A stretch of DNA of 64,000 nucleotides, taken from Chloroflexota bacterium. GTDB taxonomy: Bacteria > Chloroflexota > UBA11872 > VXOZ01. The notes beneath the pieces are model-generated. The model saw nothing but the letters and a program-made list of their open reading frames with translations. It did no database searches and was not told the origin of the DNA. Below, in pieces: positions 9,112 through 19,168 of the stretch (the first letter of the stretch is position 1; the number at the start of each line of letters is the position of its first letter). Both the position numbers and the translations under genes were made by a program. The stretch spans positions 2,682,275 to 2,746,274 of the forward strand of contig OZ242272.1 in the NCBI GenBank assembly GCA_965207135.1, read 5' to 3'.

Positions 9112-10965
9112 TTAGCGTGTGCGAATATCAATGCCACCGCCGCCGATGCTCCCGCCCACTCGTGACGGTATGGCGACCTCTTCCCCTTCGCTGATGCCGC
9201 TCAGGATTTCCGATACTTCGCTGTCCCGTACGCCAACCTCAACGACACGCCGTTCCAGATCGTCCCCTGCTTGCCGCACGTAGACGACGCGCTCGTCACC
9301 TTCCCGCCGGATTGCCCTATTAGGCAGCAGCAGGACGTTTGCAAGGCTTGAAACTTCGATCACGGCGTTCGCGGAGAGTCCTCCCCGCAGGTTTTGGTTG
9401 CCCGGTTCCAGCCGAATAGTAATGGGATAGAGCACCACGCCCTGTTGTTCAACAGCGGTTGGGGAGATTGTCTCTACCGTGCCGGCGATCTTCTCATCGG
9501 GTGACGCATACGTGGTCACCACAACCGGCTGCCCGACTTGAATGGACGAAACATCTGCCTCGTCCACTCTTGCCTGCATTTCGATCCGGTCCGCGCGCAC
9601 CAGTGTGACAACCTTATTGCCTGCCTTCTGACCGACATAGCCCTCCACGGCAGCCACCACACCGGCAAACGGCGCCCGCAACACGGCTTGGGTCAAGTCG
9701 CGTTTCGCTTTCTCAAGATTCAATTGCGCGCGCTCGACCTGAAGCTGCTGCAGCTCCACCTCCTGCGAATTGGCGCCGGCGCGGACTGTGTCCAAGTCGA
9801 GGCGGGCACGTTCAATATCGTTGTCCGCCTTTCGCTGCGCCTCTTCGAGCTCGGTTTGGGCAGTCTGCACCTTATCCCTGGCTTCTTCTACTTTCTCCGT
9901 GCTTGGCTGCACCAGCGCATTTTGTTCGTCAATAGCGATTGCCAGCGCATCCCTCGCGCTCTGGACCTCTCGTTCGGCTGCTTGCAGATCACTGCCCGCC
10001 GACACGCGCACGCTCTGAAGGTTGAGCTGCGCCTCTACCAACTTGGCCGTTAGCTCGCCAACAATGGTGCCTGGGGGTGGATTGCCGGACAATTCGTCCT
10101 GTCGAATGCTAATCTCCTGGTCGACGCGGTCTTTCACCTCCTTGAGGTTCTTCTGCGCGTCTTCCAGTTCGGCACGGTGTGATTCACTACCATCCTTGCG
10201 CAGTCTTGCCGCCGCATCGTCGAGACGCTTCTGAGCTTCTTCCAACTCGCTGGTGAACCCCGCGATGTCCTTGCGTACGCGTTCTTTCTCTTTCTCAACT
10301 GCGTTTTGCGCGGCCAATAGCGCGTTATTGGCCGCTTGGATTTTTGCAGCGCCACCGCCGGCGCGCAGCGCAGCCAGCCTCTCTTCCGCTTGTAGCAGGG
10401 CGCTTCTGGCGTCGGCCACTTTCTTATCGGCTGCCTTTACGCCGCTCTCTTCAGGACTAAGCAAGTCCGCCAGCGCTTTTTCGGCATCTTCCAAGGTAGT
10501 TCTGGCATTTCTCAGATTTGCTTCCGCCTGGGACTGCGCAGATTCCAAAGCGAGTTCCGCCTTGCGCACATCCTCTGAAGCGCTCGGCGCCAGGAGCTTT
10601 TCCAGGTTAATTTCAGCGGTACGCAAATTCGACTCTTCCCGCAGCACCGCATCCCGTAGTTCCAGGTCGTCCAGAGAGGCAAGCTGGTCGTCTTTCTCCA
10701 CGGCATCCCCTACGGCAACAAAGACCTCAAGGATGTCTCCCATCACAGGAAAGGCGAGCTCCACTTGCTCCGGATACACAATGTTTCCGGAGGCGTTCAC
10801 CGTAGTCATAATCGTCCCGCGAGTGACCGTGACAAACTCAGTTTCCGCAACGACCTGGCCTTCGTCGTCATCGCCGCCGAGAAACTGCAAAACGGCAAAT
10901 CTTGCACCAACAATGAAGGCTGCCAAGATAACTATCAGGACGATGATTTTCTGCCATCTAGCCAC
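9112..10965 (-). CDS. HlyD/MacA-family periplasmic adaptor (efflux membrane-fusion protein) with a very long coiled coil
   Basis: 617 aa. N-terminal TM anchor. Biotinyl-lipoyl-like halves (VAVGDAVEKDDQLASLD ... APFAGVV). About 350 aa of heptad-rich A/E/L/R sequence. C-terminal beta-barrel region. Confidence 0.8.
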   Translation of the reverse strand: MARWQKIIVLIVILAAFIVGARFAVLQFLGGDDDEGQVVAETEFVTVTRGTIMTTVNASGNIVYPEQVELAFPVMGDILEVFVAVGDAVEKDDQLASLDDLELRDAVLREESNLRTAEINLEKLLAPSASEDVRKAELALESAQSQAEANLRNARTTLEDAEKALADLLSPEESGVKAADKKVADARSALLQAEERLAALRAGGGAAKIQAANNALLAAQNAVEKEKERVRKDIAGFTSELEEAQKRLDDAAARLRKDGSESHRAELEDAQKNLKEVKDRVDQEISIRQDELSGNPPPGTIVGELTAKLVEAQLNLQSVRVSAGSDLQAAEREVQSARDALAIAIDEQNALVQPSTEKVEEARDKVQTAQTELEEAQRKADNDIERARLDLDTVRAGANSQEVELQQLQVERAQLNLEKAKRDLTQAVLRAPFAGVVAAVEGYVGQKAGNKVVTLVRADRIEMQARVDEADVSSIQVGQPVVVTTYASPDEKIAGTVETISPTAVEQQGVVLYPITIRLEPGNQNLRGGLSANAVIEVSSLANVLLLPNRAIRREGDERVVYVRQAGDDLERRVVEVGVRDSEVSEILSGISEGEEVAIPSRVGGSIGGGGIDIRTR

Positions 10966-11362
10966 CGCTCTGTCTCCAAACTGTGCTGAATTGGTGTCCT
11001 ACTGACTCTTGCGGCTTCTTCTTGCGCCATCTCGCCCGTGCCTGTGGACGAAACAGGCACGTCAAGCGGTAGAATAGAATAGTCTATCTAAACTAAAGTA
11101 TACCAGCCTGACTTGAAGAGCCGTTGGTCGGAGTTTCAAGTGTTGTTCCCGCATCCAATTTGCCCATCAACGTTAGCCGTAGTTCACATCTCAAACTAAC
11201 GATGTCCATGATATTATAATATATGGTTTGCAAACTTACAAGTATCGTTTACATTTCATCATAGAATTGTAACTTGAACAACTACGATCATTAACATGAA
11301 AATGGAATAGCCATAAGAGATTACCGCGCTATTGTTTGGCGCTGTGCAGGAGGAGCATCACG

Positions 11363-12157
11363 ATGGTAACTCAACGCTTGGCAGGCCGCGCTGCCCTTGT
11401 CACGGGCGGTAGCCGCGGCATCGGCAGAGCAATCGGTCGGGGGCTGGCAGCAGAGGGCGCAGACGTGGCCCTGGTGGCGCGCACGTCCGACGACTTGAGC
11501 GAAGCCGCACACTCGATTGCGCAAGAGACAGGCAGCAGGTCACTTGGCATTGCCGCGGACGTAACGAGCCTTGATGCAATTCAAGAAGCGCTGCACACAG
11601 CCAACGCGGAATTTGGCCGGCTCGACATTTTGGTAGCATGTGCAGGTGGCGGCGTGGTCGGCGGCAACTTTGACGTGCCGGATTCGACCTGGGAAGAGCA
11701 AATTCGCCTCAAGCTGTTGGGCTATATTCGCTCAGCGCGGGAAGCGGTGCCGTACCTGCGGCAAAGCGGCGGCGGCGCGATAGTCCTGATTGGCGGCGGC
11801 TCTGCGCACGATCCTTCAACACGCCTGGCCATCGCGAGTGTGATGAACGCCGGTCTGCTCGCATTCACCAAGACCTTCGCGGATGAAGTAGCGTCAGACG
11901 GCATCCGCATCGTCATGGTGAATCCCGGCCTCACGGAAACCGGCTTGATCGATGACATGGCGCGGCAGAACGAGCGCCTGCGGGGCGAGCCGGCACAGCA
12001 GGCGGCCGACGAGATGCGCGCTCCCAACCCGTTAGGACGCATGACGATGCCGGAGGACGTCGCCAACTTGGTAGCTTTTCTGGTCTCGGACCGCGCCGCC
12101 ATGATAACGGGCACGTCTGTCGACATCGATGCCGGCGCGCGCCGGGGGCTGGCATGA
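11363..12157 (+). CDS. Short-chain dehydrogenase/reductase (SDR) family protein
   Basis: Cofactor motif ALVTGGSRGIGRAIG. Start placed at MVTQRLAG (the ORF track starts 9 codons earlier). The canonical YxxxK is not evident where expected (SVMNAGLLAFTK), so it may be an atypical SDR. Confidence 0.7.
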   Translation: MVTQRLAGRAALVTGGSRGIGRAIGRGLAAEGADVALVARTSDDLSEAAHSIAQETGSRSLGIAADVTSLDAIQEALHTANAEFGRLDILVACAGGGVVGGNFDVPDSTWEEQIRLKLLGYIRSAREAVPYLRQSGGGAIVLIGGGSAHDPSTRLAIASVMNAGLLAFTKTFADEVASDGIRIVMVNPGLTETGLIDDMARQNERLRGEPAQQAADEMRAPNPLGRMTMPEDVANLVAFLVSDRAAMITGTSVDIDAGARRGLA

Positions 12158-12254
12158 ACGCTAAGCGCTCCCTCATGCAACGAGCCGTGTCCGGAGTATT
12201 GGCGCCGCGCGCAACCGACAAACACCAAACATTTGGTCCTCCAGTGGAGCATCT

Positions 12255-13472
12255 ATGGATACCGTTTCTCTAATCGTGGGCGGCCTAGCTGGGCTAGTGC
12301 TCGGCCTCGCGCTTGCCGCGCTCATTGGCCTATGGCGCAGGCAAACCGCCGAGGCCATCGGCGAGCGCATCCGCGAACAGTCTGAACGCGCGCAGCAAGA
12401 ACACGTGCAAACTCTCTTGCAGTCTATGTCCGACCAGTTCCGCAGCCTTTCCTTGCAGGCGCTTAACCAGAGCACGAGCCAACTGGTTGAGATTGCCAAG
12501 AGCCAGCTCGGCGCACAGCAGACTCAGAACACCCAGGAACTCGACGGCAAGAAGCGTCTCATCGATCAGCAGCTCAATCAAATGGGCGCGACGTTGGAGC
12601 AAGTACGCACGCTCATGACCGATGTTCAGGCGCAGAGCGGCGAGCGCTTGAGCGCGCTTACCACAGAAATCCGCAATACCGCCGACCAGACCAAGCGCCT
12701 CACGGAAACCACCAATACGTTGCGCGAGACCCTCGCCAACAGCCGCGCGCGCGGCGCCTGGGGCGAGCGCATGGCCGAGGATGTGCTGCGGGCAGCGGGC
12801 TTGTTGCCCAACATCCACTACACAAAGCAGGAAACCACTGCGGCAGGCACACGACCCGATTTCACCTTCAAGCTGCCCAAAGACCTGTTCCTAAACATGG
12901 ACGTCAAGTTTCCGCTCGATAACTACCTCCGGGCGCTGGAAACGGAATCCGATACGGAACAAGCACAATTTGAGCAACAGTTCTTTCGCGACGTGCGCGC
13001 GCACGTGAAAGCAGTAACCTCGCGGGATTACATCGATCCTGCCGCCAACACCGTGGATTGCGTACTGCTTTTCATCCCTCTTGAACAGGTGTACAGCTTC
13101 ATCATGCAGCGCGACAGCACCCTCCTAGAGAATAGCCTCGCAAGCCGTGTCGTCCTTTGCTCGCCTTTCAGCCTCTTTGGCGTCCTCAGCGTCATTCGCC
13201 AGGCTGCCGAGTTCTTCTCACTCCAGCAGGCTGCGGGCGAGATGCTCACGCTCCTAGGCGCGTTCTCCAAAGAATGGAACCGCTACGTTGACGCGATCAA
13301 CCGGGTAGAAAGTGACATCCAAAAGCTCTCCAAGGACTTCGATGCGCTCACCGGCACCCGCCGCCGCGCGATGGAACGGCAACTCCACAAAGTAGAGACC
13401 TTGCGCACGCAGCAAGCTGACGGTATTGCCGAGCTAGCGGACGGGGAGCAGTCTAAGCCTGAGACTGCATGA
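12255..13472 (+). CDS. rmuC: DNA recombination protein RmuC
   Basis: 405 aa. N-terminal TM helix, long Q/E-rich coiled coil, C-terminal RmuC nuclease-like region (RPDFTFKLP...FLNMDVKFPL...VLLFIPLEQV). Confidence 0.8.
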   Translation: MDTVSLIVGGLAGLVLGLALAALIGLWRRQTAEAIGERIREQSERAQQEHVQTLLQSMSDQFRSLSLQALNQSTSQLVEIAKSQLGAQQTQNTQELDGKKRLIDQQLNQMGATLEQVRTLMTDVQAQSGERLSALTTEIRNTADQTKRLTETTNTLRETLANSRARGAWGERMAEDVLRAAGLLPNIHYTKQETTAAGTRPDFTFKLPKDLFLNMDVKFPLDNYLRALETESDTEQAQFEQQFFRDVRAHVKAVTSRDYIDPAANTVDCVLLFIPLEQVYSFIMQRDSTLLENSLASRVVLCSPFSLFGVLSVIRQAAEFFSLQQAAGEMLTLLGAFSKEWNRYVDAINRVESDIQKLSKDFDALTGTRRRAMERQLHKVETLRTQQADGIAELADGEQSKPETA

Positions 13473-13959
13473 CTCTTGCGGGCAGACGCCTCTGATCGAG
13501 AATCTCATGCCCTGTGTAATGCTGATTCGGTTGCGCGCTCGTCAAACCAGGAGGGCGCAGCACGCACGCCAGCGTTGGCAATCCACCTTGCGGGGCATCC
13601 GAGGCTGCATCCTTTACTCCGAATCCGGTCGACAAAGACGAGGGTACGGGGCTTCGTTTCGCAAATGACATCGTGGGCCGGCGCGGCGGCTAAGTGGCGC
13701 CTGTATCCGAATTAGGCGAGAACACAGAGATGATTTTCTCAGCCCAGTAGCTTGAAACTAAGGCACGAGAGGCGTGCGCAGCGCCAGCAGACGAGTCCAG
13801 ATAGAAGAAGGCAGCAATAGATTATTCCGCAGCACCGGCCGCCATCGACACCGATTCTAGCCGCAATCGGGGAGAGGCCGTGAAATGGGCGCGCTTTCCA
13901 GCGCACCCAGCCGCTTCGCATGCTGCCCTGGCAACACCAAGACCCGTGCGGCGCGCCGG

Positions 13960-16035
13960 CTAGTCGCCCGCCACTTCCGCCGGTTCCTTGGCAGGCGCTT
14001 TTTCAGCCGAGTCTTTGTCAGCAGCAGGCGGACGCGAACTCGCGAATTCGCAGTCGGGATATCGAGAGCAACTGTAGAATACGTTGCGGCGTTTGTTGAG
14101 CTTCCGCACGATCTCCCCTTGACCGCACTGCGGGCAGCCGACGCCAATCGTATCTAAGTAAGGCTTGGTATTGCGGCATTGCGGAAAGCCGCTGCACCCG
14201 ATAAATTTGCCAAAGCGGCCGCTGCGCAGGAGCAGTGGTTTCCCGCACTCTTCGCACATCTCGCCGGTCTCTTCCACTGGCGGCTTGACACGCTCAGCTT
14301 CTTGGTCCGCCTTCTCCAGTGCTTCGCTGAAGCCGCCGTAGAACTCTTTGAGAACGGGCGTCCACTGCTTTTCCCCGCGGGAGATTGCGTCCAGGTCTTC
14401 CTCCATAACCGCCGTAAATTCAGGTTTGATGATGTCTGGGAAATGCTTGACGAGCATGTCCCGCACCACCATCCCCAGCTCCGTAGGCTTGAGGGTGCGG
14501 CGTTCGCGCTCCACGTAGGTGCGCTCCTGAATCACCGACAAGATAGGCGCATAGGTGCTCGGCCTGCCAATTCCCTCCTCTTCCAACGCTCGAATGAGGC
14601 TCGCCTCGGAAAAGCGCGGCGGGGGCTGGGTGAAGTGCTGCTCCGGCCAGAGTTTATTGAGATCCAACTCCTCGCGTTCCGCCAGTGGGGGCAGGAAATT
14701 CTTCTCGTCTGCCTGTTCTTCGTCTGCGCGGTAGACCTGATAGAATCCGGGAGTTTTCACTTTCGTTGCCGACGTTCTGAAGCGGTACTTCAGGTCCGCC
14801 CCATCTTGTTGCGGCACAATGTCTACCGATGTTGTCTGCAGCACGGCCGGGCGCATCTGGCTGGAAACAAATCGCCGCCAAATGAGCGTATAGAGCTTGA
14901 GTTGGTTGGTATCCAAGAATTCCCGCATTTGCTCCGGCGTACGCGAGACGCTGGTTGGGCGGATTGCCTCGTGGGCCTCCTGGGCATTCTTCACTCGAGA
15001 CGTGTAGCGATTTGGCTTCTCGGGCACTTCATCCGACCCAAACGTCTGACCGATGTACTGCCGCACCTGCGCAATCGCCTCATTGCTGACCTGCACGGAG
15101 TCGGTGCGCATGTAGGTGATAAGACCCACTTGGCCTTCCCCGCCAATTTCAATGCCCTCATAGAGCTGTTGTGCTAAGCGCATGGTGCGGGCGGCGCCAA
15201 AATTCAAGCGACTGGAAGCGTCCTGCTGCATAGTGCTCGTGGTGTACGGTGCGCTTGGCCGTCGCCGTCTCTCTCGCACTGAAATCTTTTGCACCGGCCA
15301 GGTGGCGCCGTCAAGCTCCGCAACGATGTTCTCCGCTGTCGCTCCATCGTTGATTTCAGGCTTCTTGCCGCTCACCTGCACCAGCTCAGCGTCGAATTGG
15401 TCCTGAGCGCGCTTGGCGGGCCGCTTGGCAAGACCAGCGTGAAGCGACCAATATTCCTGCGGCGCAAACGCCTCGATTTCGCGTTCGCGGTCCACGATGA
15501 GACGCAGAGCGACGGATTGCACCCGTCCGGCGGACAGACCCCGTTGGACCTTGCGCCAGAGAAATGGGCTCATCTTATACCCGACCAGGCGATCCAGCAC
15601 TCGCCGCGCTTGCTGCGCGTCCACTAAGTCGGCGTTGATTTCGCGTGGTTCGTCCAGAGCGTGCCTAACGGCATCTTCGGTTATCTCATGAAAGACGACA
15701 CGCTTCGCGCTCATGTCCGGGCTCTTCATTCTCCGCTTGAGCGCCTCGAGCAAATGCCACGCAATAGCTTCACCTTCCCGGTCGGGGTCAGTGGCAAGCA
15801 AGACTTCACTTGCCTTTCGCGCGTGCTCAGTGAGTTTCTTGACGGTGGCACTCTTGTCGCGCGGAACGACATACGACGGCGTAAAGTCTTTCTCCACCTC
15901 CACCCCAAGTTTGCTCTTGGGAAGATCCCGCACATGACCCATAGATGACTCAACCGCGTAATTGCGGCCAAGGAATTTCTTGATTGTCCGCGCCTTCGTA
16001 GGCGATTCAACGATGATCAGTTTTCGTTTAGCCAA
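13960..16035 (-). CDS. topA: DNA topoisomerase I
   Basis: Toprim start KLIIVESPTKA and DPDREGEAIAWH. Active-site region GLITYMRTDS. Two C-terminal C4 zinc ribbons (CEECGKP...CSGFPQC; CPQCGQG...CSRYPDC). Confidence 0.95.
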   Translation of the reverse strand: MAKRKLIIVESPTKARTIKKFLGRNYAVESSMGHVRDLPKSKLGVEVEKDFTPSYVVPRDKSATVKKLTEHARKASEVLLATDPDREGEAIAWHLLEALKRRMKSPDMSAKRVVFHEITEDAVRHALDEPREINADLVDAQQARRVLDRLVGYKMSPFLWRKVQRGLSAGRVQSVALRLIVDREREIEAFAPQEYWSLHAGLAKRPAKRAQDQFDAELVQVSGKKPEINDGATAENIVAELDGATWPVQKISVRERRRRPSAPYTTSTMQQDASSRLNFGAARTMRLAQQLYEGIEIGGEGQVGLITYMRTDSVQVSNEAIAQVRQYIGQTFGSDEVPEKPNRYTSRVKNAQEAHEAIRPTSVSRTPEQMREFLDTNQLKLYTLIWRRFVSSQMRPAVLQTTSVDIVPQQDGADLKYRFRTSATKVKTPGFYQVYRADEEQADEKNFLPPLAEREELDLNKLWPEQHFTQPPPRFSEASLIRALEEEGIGRPSTYAPILSVIQERTYVERERRTLKPTELGMVVRDMLVKHFPDIIKPEFTAVMEEDLDAISRGEKQWTPVLKEFYGGFSEALEKADQEAERVKPPVEETGEMCEECGKPLLLRSGRFGKFIGCSGFPQCRNTKPYLDTIGVGCPQCGQGEIVRKLNKRRNVFYSCSRYPDCEFASSRPPAADKDSAEKAPAKEPAEVAGD

Positions 16036-16194
16036 TGTTTCCTACCTACATAGTCTGCTGTGAGCACGCCTATACTACACTATGCACTACGGCAAGAAAA
16101 TGAGAAGATCCTACGTATGAACCAGGAACCGAGGCGCCACCCATCCTCCATACCCATTCAAGTCGAACACACTACACTAAGGACCCGCGCTTTG

Positions 16195-17487
16195 TCACGC
16201 AGGCGTCCCGTCAGCGTGTGCCTGTTCCCAAGCATGCAGTTCAGCGACATTTTCGCGAACTTTGCGCACGGCGTCAAGAATTAGATCCATGTTGTGCTGT
16301 GGCCCTAAGAAGAGCGTGTGCGAAAAGGCCAGCGCTTCCGTGGCCGCGATGCGCTCAGTTTCAACGCAGGTGTTGCTTGCGTAGTCGAGCGACTGCCCAT
16401 ACACGCGCGCATTGAAGGGAAAGTTGGTGCGACCACAGTTCATCTCTGTGAGCGCGGCCTGCTTGTAGAGTGGTGCAGTTTGGCCCGTACTCGTCGGCAC
16501 GCCTTCCGCCTTGAGCGCCGCGAGGAATGTGTCGCGTTGAATATTCTCGAATTCGGACTGCACAAAACGCCAGTGCCAGATATAGAAACTCCAGCGGGTC
16601 ACTCGTGAATCCCACTCGAGACTGTCGACACCGGGGATCTCGGCAAGACCTTGCCTGAGATGGCGGACGTTGGCTTCACGCGTGGCAATCTGGTCCGGCA
16701 AGCGCTCCAGTCCAACCAGCCCCAACGCGCCAACCCATTCGGTCATGCGCAGATTTGTGGCGGGCAACGAACGCTCCGGCTTGGGACGCCCTACAATACC
16801 GTTCACGTGGTGGTAGCCGAAAAGGCGCGCTTGGATTTCGTCCGAGTCTGTGAGCACCATGCCGCCCTCGCCCAACGGCAGCACTTTGCTGCCCTGAAAG
16901 CTAAAGACTCCCGCGTCCTCGATGGCCCCTACGCCGCGGCCCCGCCACTGGCTGCCGTGCGCATGCGCGCAGTCTCCTACCAGGGCAACGCCATGCCGGT
17001 CGGCCAGCGCCCGCAGGGCATCCATATCCGCCGGCATGCCGCCATTGTGGACGCAGAAGATGGCGCGGGTCTTGGGCGTAATTGCTGCGGCCACCTTGCG
17101 AGCGTCTAGGTTGTAGGTGCCGGGGTCGATATCCACAAATACCGGCGCAGCCCCAACGGTGATTACCGCGGTGGCCACGGTAATCCACGTTGCCGCCGGG
17201 ATGATGACTTCATCACCGGGCTCTACCCCTACCGCCTTCAGCACAAGCTCCATGCCACTTGACCCCGTGGCAACCGCTACGCCATGTCGCGCATCCTGAA
17301 AGGCGGCGAAGGCGTCTTCAAACCGCCAAACCCACGACTCGGCGCCCTGCGACTTACTGCGCGTCCACGCGCCGCTCTGCAAGACCGCCAGCAGCGCCCG
17401 CTCATCCCGTCCATCGTGTACGGGCCAGGTACTGTCCAATGGCTTACTGACGATCGGTGTCCCGCCAGTTAGGGCTAACTTTCCCAT
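16195..17487 (-). CDS. DegT/DnrJ/EryC1/StrS-family PLP-dependent aminotransferase
   Basis: FSFQGSKVLPLGEGGMV (PLP lysine context). Start placed at MGKLALTGG. The track ORF extends 16 codons further, to 17535. Confidence 0.8.
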   Translation of the reverse strand: MGKLALTGGTPIVSKPLDSTWPVHDGRDERALLAVLQSGAWTRSKSQGAESWVWRFEDAFAAFQDARHGVAVATGSSGMELVLKAVGVEPGDEVIIPAATWITVATAVITVGAAPVFVDIDPGTYNLDARKVAAAITPKTRAIFCVHNGGMPADMDALRALADRHGVALVGDCAHAHGSQWRGRGVGAIEDAGVFSFQGSKVLPLGEGGMVLTDSDEIQARLFGYHHVNGIVGRPKPERSLPATNLRMTEWVGALGLVGLERLPDQIATREANVRHLRQGLAEIPGVDSLEWDSRVTRWSFYIWHWRFVQSEFENIQRDTFLAALKAEGVPTSTGQTAPLYKQAALTEMNCGRTNFPFNARVYGQSLDYASNTCVETERIAATEALAFSHTLFLGPQHNMDLILDAVRKVRENVAELHAWEQAHADGTPA

Positions 17488-17650
17488 TTTTGCACGATCC
17501 TTCTGTAGTCTCTGCAATCCCCATTGTGGGTTCAACCCTTATTGGAGTGCCACCCACTCATCCTCAATTGAACCGACCAACGGCCGCTATGTGTAGAACG
17601 CAGCCACAACATTTCGAAACAAAGTACCACCATCAACTAAGTGTAGCCTA

Positions 17651-18844
17651 CTACTCCGTCCTCTTCTCTTGCACCAGCACGCGGAAGCCTCCCATGCCAT
17701 CGGGCCAGACGAGATCGGTAATTGCCCGTTTAGCGCGCTGCGACTCCGCTGTTGGCGGTCGGACCGAAAGGGCAGCCAGCTCCTCGCCGATGCCGAGTCC
17801 AATCAGGTACTCGGCCTGAGACTCATAGGTTGCCGTGCGCAGGCCGGATCCCTCGCCAGCGTCCATGAGCGCGGAAAAATTCACGTGGGCAGTGATATCC
17901 TGGGCGCCAATTCTCGCATAGGGATCATTGCTCACACGGTGCCGATAGTAACAGGACAGCGTACCGCCGGCATGCCGCGGGCTGCAGAGTTCTTCCCAGG
18001 TTGCGCCGTAGTCGATGGTGATCACTGTGCCTCGGGTCAGCAATTGCGCCACGTGCTCAAGCCATGCCGTGGCCTGGAGGCCTATCTCGCCCCGCCAGCC
18101 CTCCGGCGGGATGCCAAGCCGCTCCACGTACACCACGAGATCCTCCGAGGATGGCCTGTCTATAACCTCGCACAGTCGGCCGGCACGCAGCGTTACGTAG
18201 ACCTCTTGCAGCCCCTTACCCTGAACGCACACCCGATGTACCGGCAGCGCATCCAGCAGTTCGTTAGATAGAATCACACCGCTCACTGGCGTGACGAGTA
18301 CGCGGTCGCTCTGCACGGGATGCGCCGCAACTTCAGCGAGGGCTCTCTTTTCTCTGTCACTCGGTCCGGGGCCGCGATCGACCAAGTGGTAATGCGTGCG
18401 CTCCCAACAGCGCGGCGTTGATTCGCACAATCCACGAAGAATGTCCCAGGCGAGAATACCACGCCCCGCACCCATCTCCACTACGTCAAAGTGTTCCGGC
18501 TCGCCAAGTTCTCGCCATACCTGGGCTACATGCCGGGCAAGGTAGGCGCCAAACACGCCATGAAGCTGGGGAGCGGTGTAATAGTCGTGTGATGGACCGG
18601 ATTGCAACTGGCGCTGTGGACTCCCGCTTTCGCGGGAGTGACGGTTTGAATCGCGGGAGTGACGGTCTGATCCGCGAGAGAGACGGCCCGTGGGCGATTT
18701 GCTTTCATTGAAGCTGCCGGGTGATGCCGTATAGTACCCCGCGCCCGGGGCATAGAGCGCGATCTCCATAAACTCAGCAAAGGTAATCTTACCCTTTTCC
18801 GCGATCGCTGCCTGCACCAGATCCGTAGGAGAAGGAAGACTCAT
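17651..18844 (-). CDS. SAM-dependent methyltransferase, DUF185 / MidA (NDUFAF7-like) family, carrying a repeat-derived in-frame insertion
   Basis: Motifs ITFAEFMEIALY, DYYTAPQLHGVFG and VVEMGAGRGILAWDIL. About 35 extra low-complexity residues (SRGSDRHSRDSNRHSRESGSP) are encoded by a 21-bp tandem at 18631-18693. Confidence 0.75.
   Translation of the reverse strand: MSLPSPTDLVQAAIAEKGKITFAEFMEIALYAPGAGYYTASPGSFNESKSPTGRLSRGSDRHSRDSNRHSRESGSPQRQLQSGPSHDYYTAPQLHGVFGAYLARHVAQVWRELGEPEHFDVVEMGAGRGILAWDILRGLCESTPRCWERTHYHLVDRGPGPSDREKRALAEVAAHPVQSDRVLVTPVSGVILSNELLDALPVHRVCVQGKGLQEVYVTLRAGRLCEVIDRPSSEDLVVYVERLGIPPEGWRGEIGLQATAWLEHVAQLLTRGTVITIDYGATWEELCSPRHAGGTLSCYYRHRVSNDPYARIGAQDITAHVNFSALMDAGEGSGLRTATYESQAEYLIGLGIGEELAALSVRPPTAESQRAKRAITDLVWPDGMGGFRVLVQEKRTE
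18631..18693. repeat. 21-bp tandem repeat (about 3 units) derived from a family A hairpin, inside the DUF185 CDS
   Basis: CGCGGGAGTGACGGTTTGAAT / CGCGGGAGTGACGGTCTGATC / CGCGAGAGAGACGGCCCGTGG, preceded by the hairpin CTCCCGC-TTTC-GCGGGAG (18621-18638). Confidence 0.75.
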
Positions 18845-19168
18845 GCGTTTCCCTTTGCCGCCGGAATTTGCAGCCAGCCGGCTTTCATCACTACCTTCAC
18901 AGACTCTCTATAGCACGTGGAGGAATGTCCACAGCCACCGTCAACCACACGCAACCCTGGCGTAGGCAAAGTGGGGATGGAGCATTTTGCCGCAAGCTGC
19001 CTGCCAAGACTGATGACCCTCCCAGTCAGCAGCCTGTCGACATAGCTCTTCCTACGCTTGGCGACCAACTCCTACCGTCCTCTACGCGTTCACTCTGCAC
19101 ACTATTCTGTACAATAGAGTGCAAGACGGCACCACACAACCCATGAAGAGACCGAGGGAGGCGAGGGT

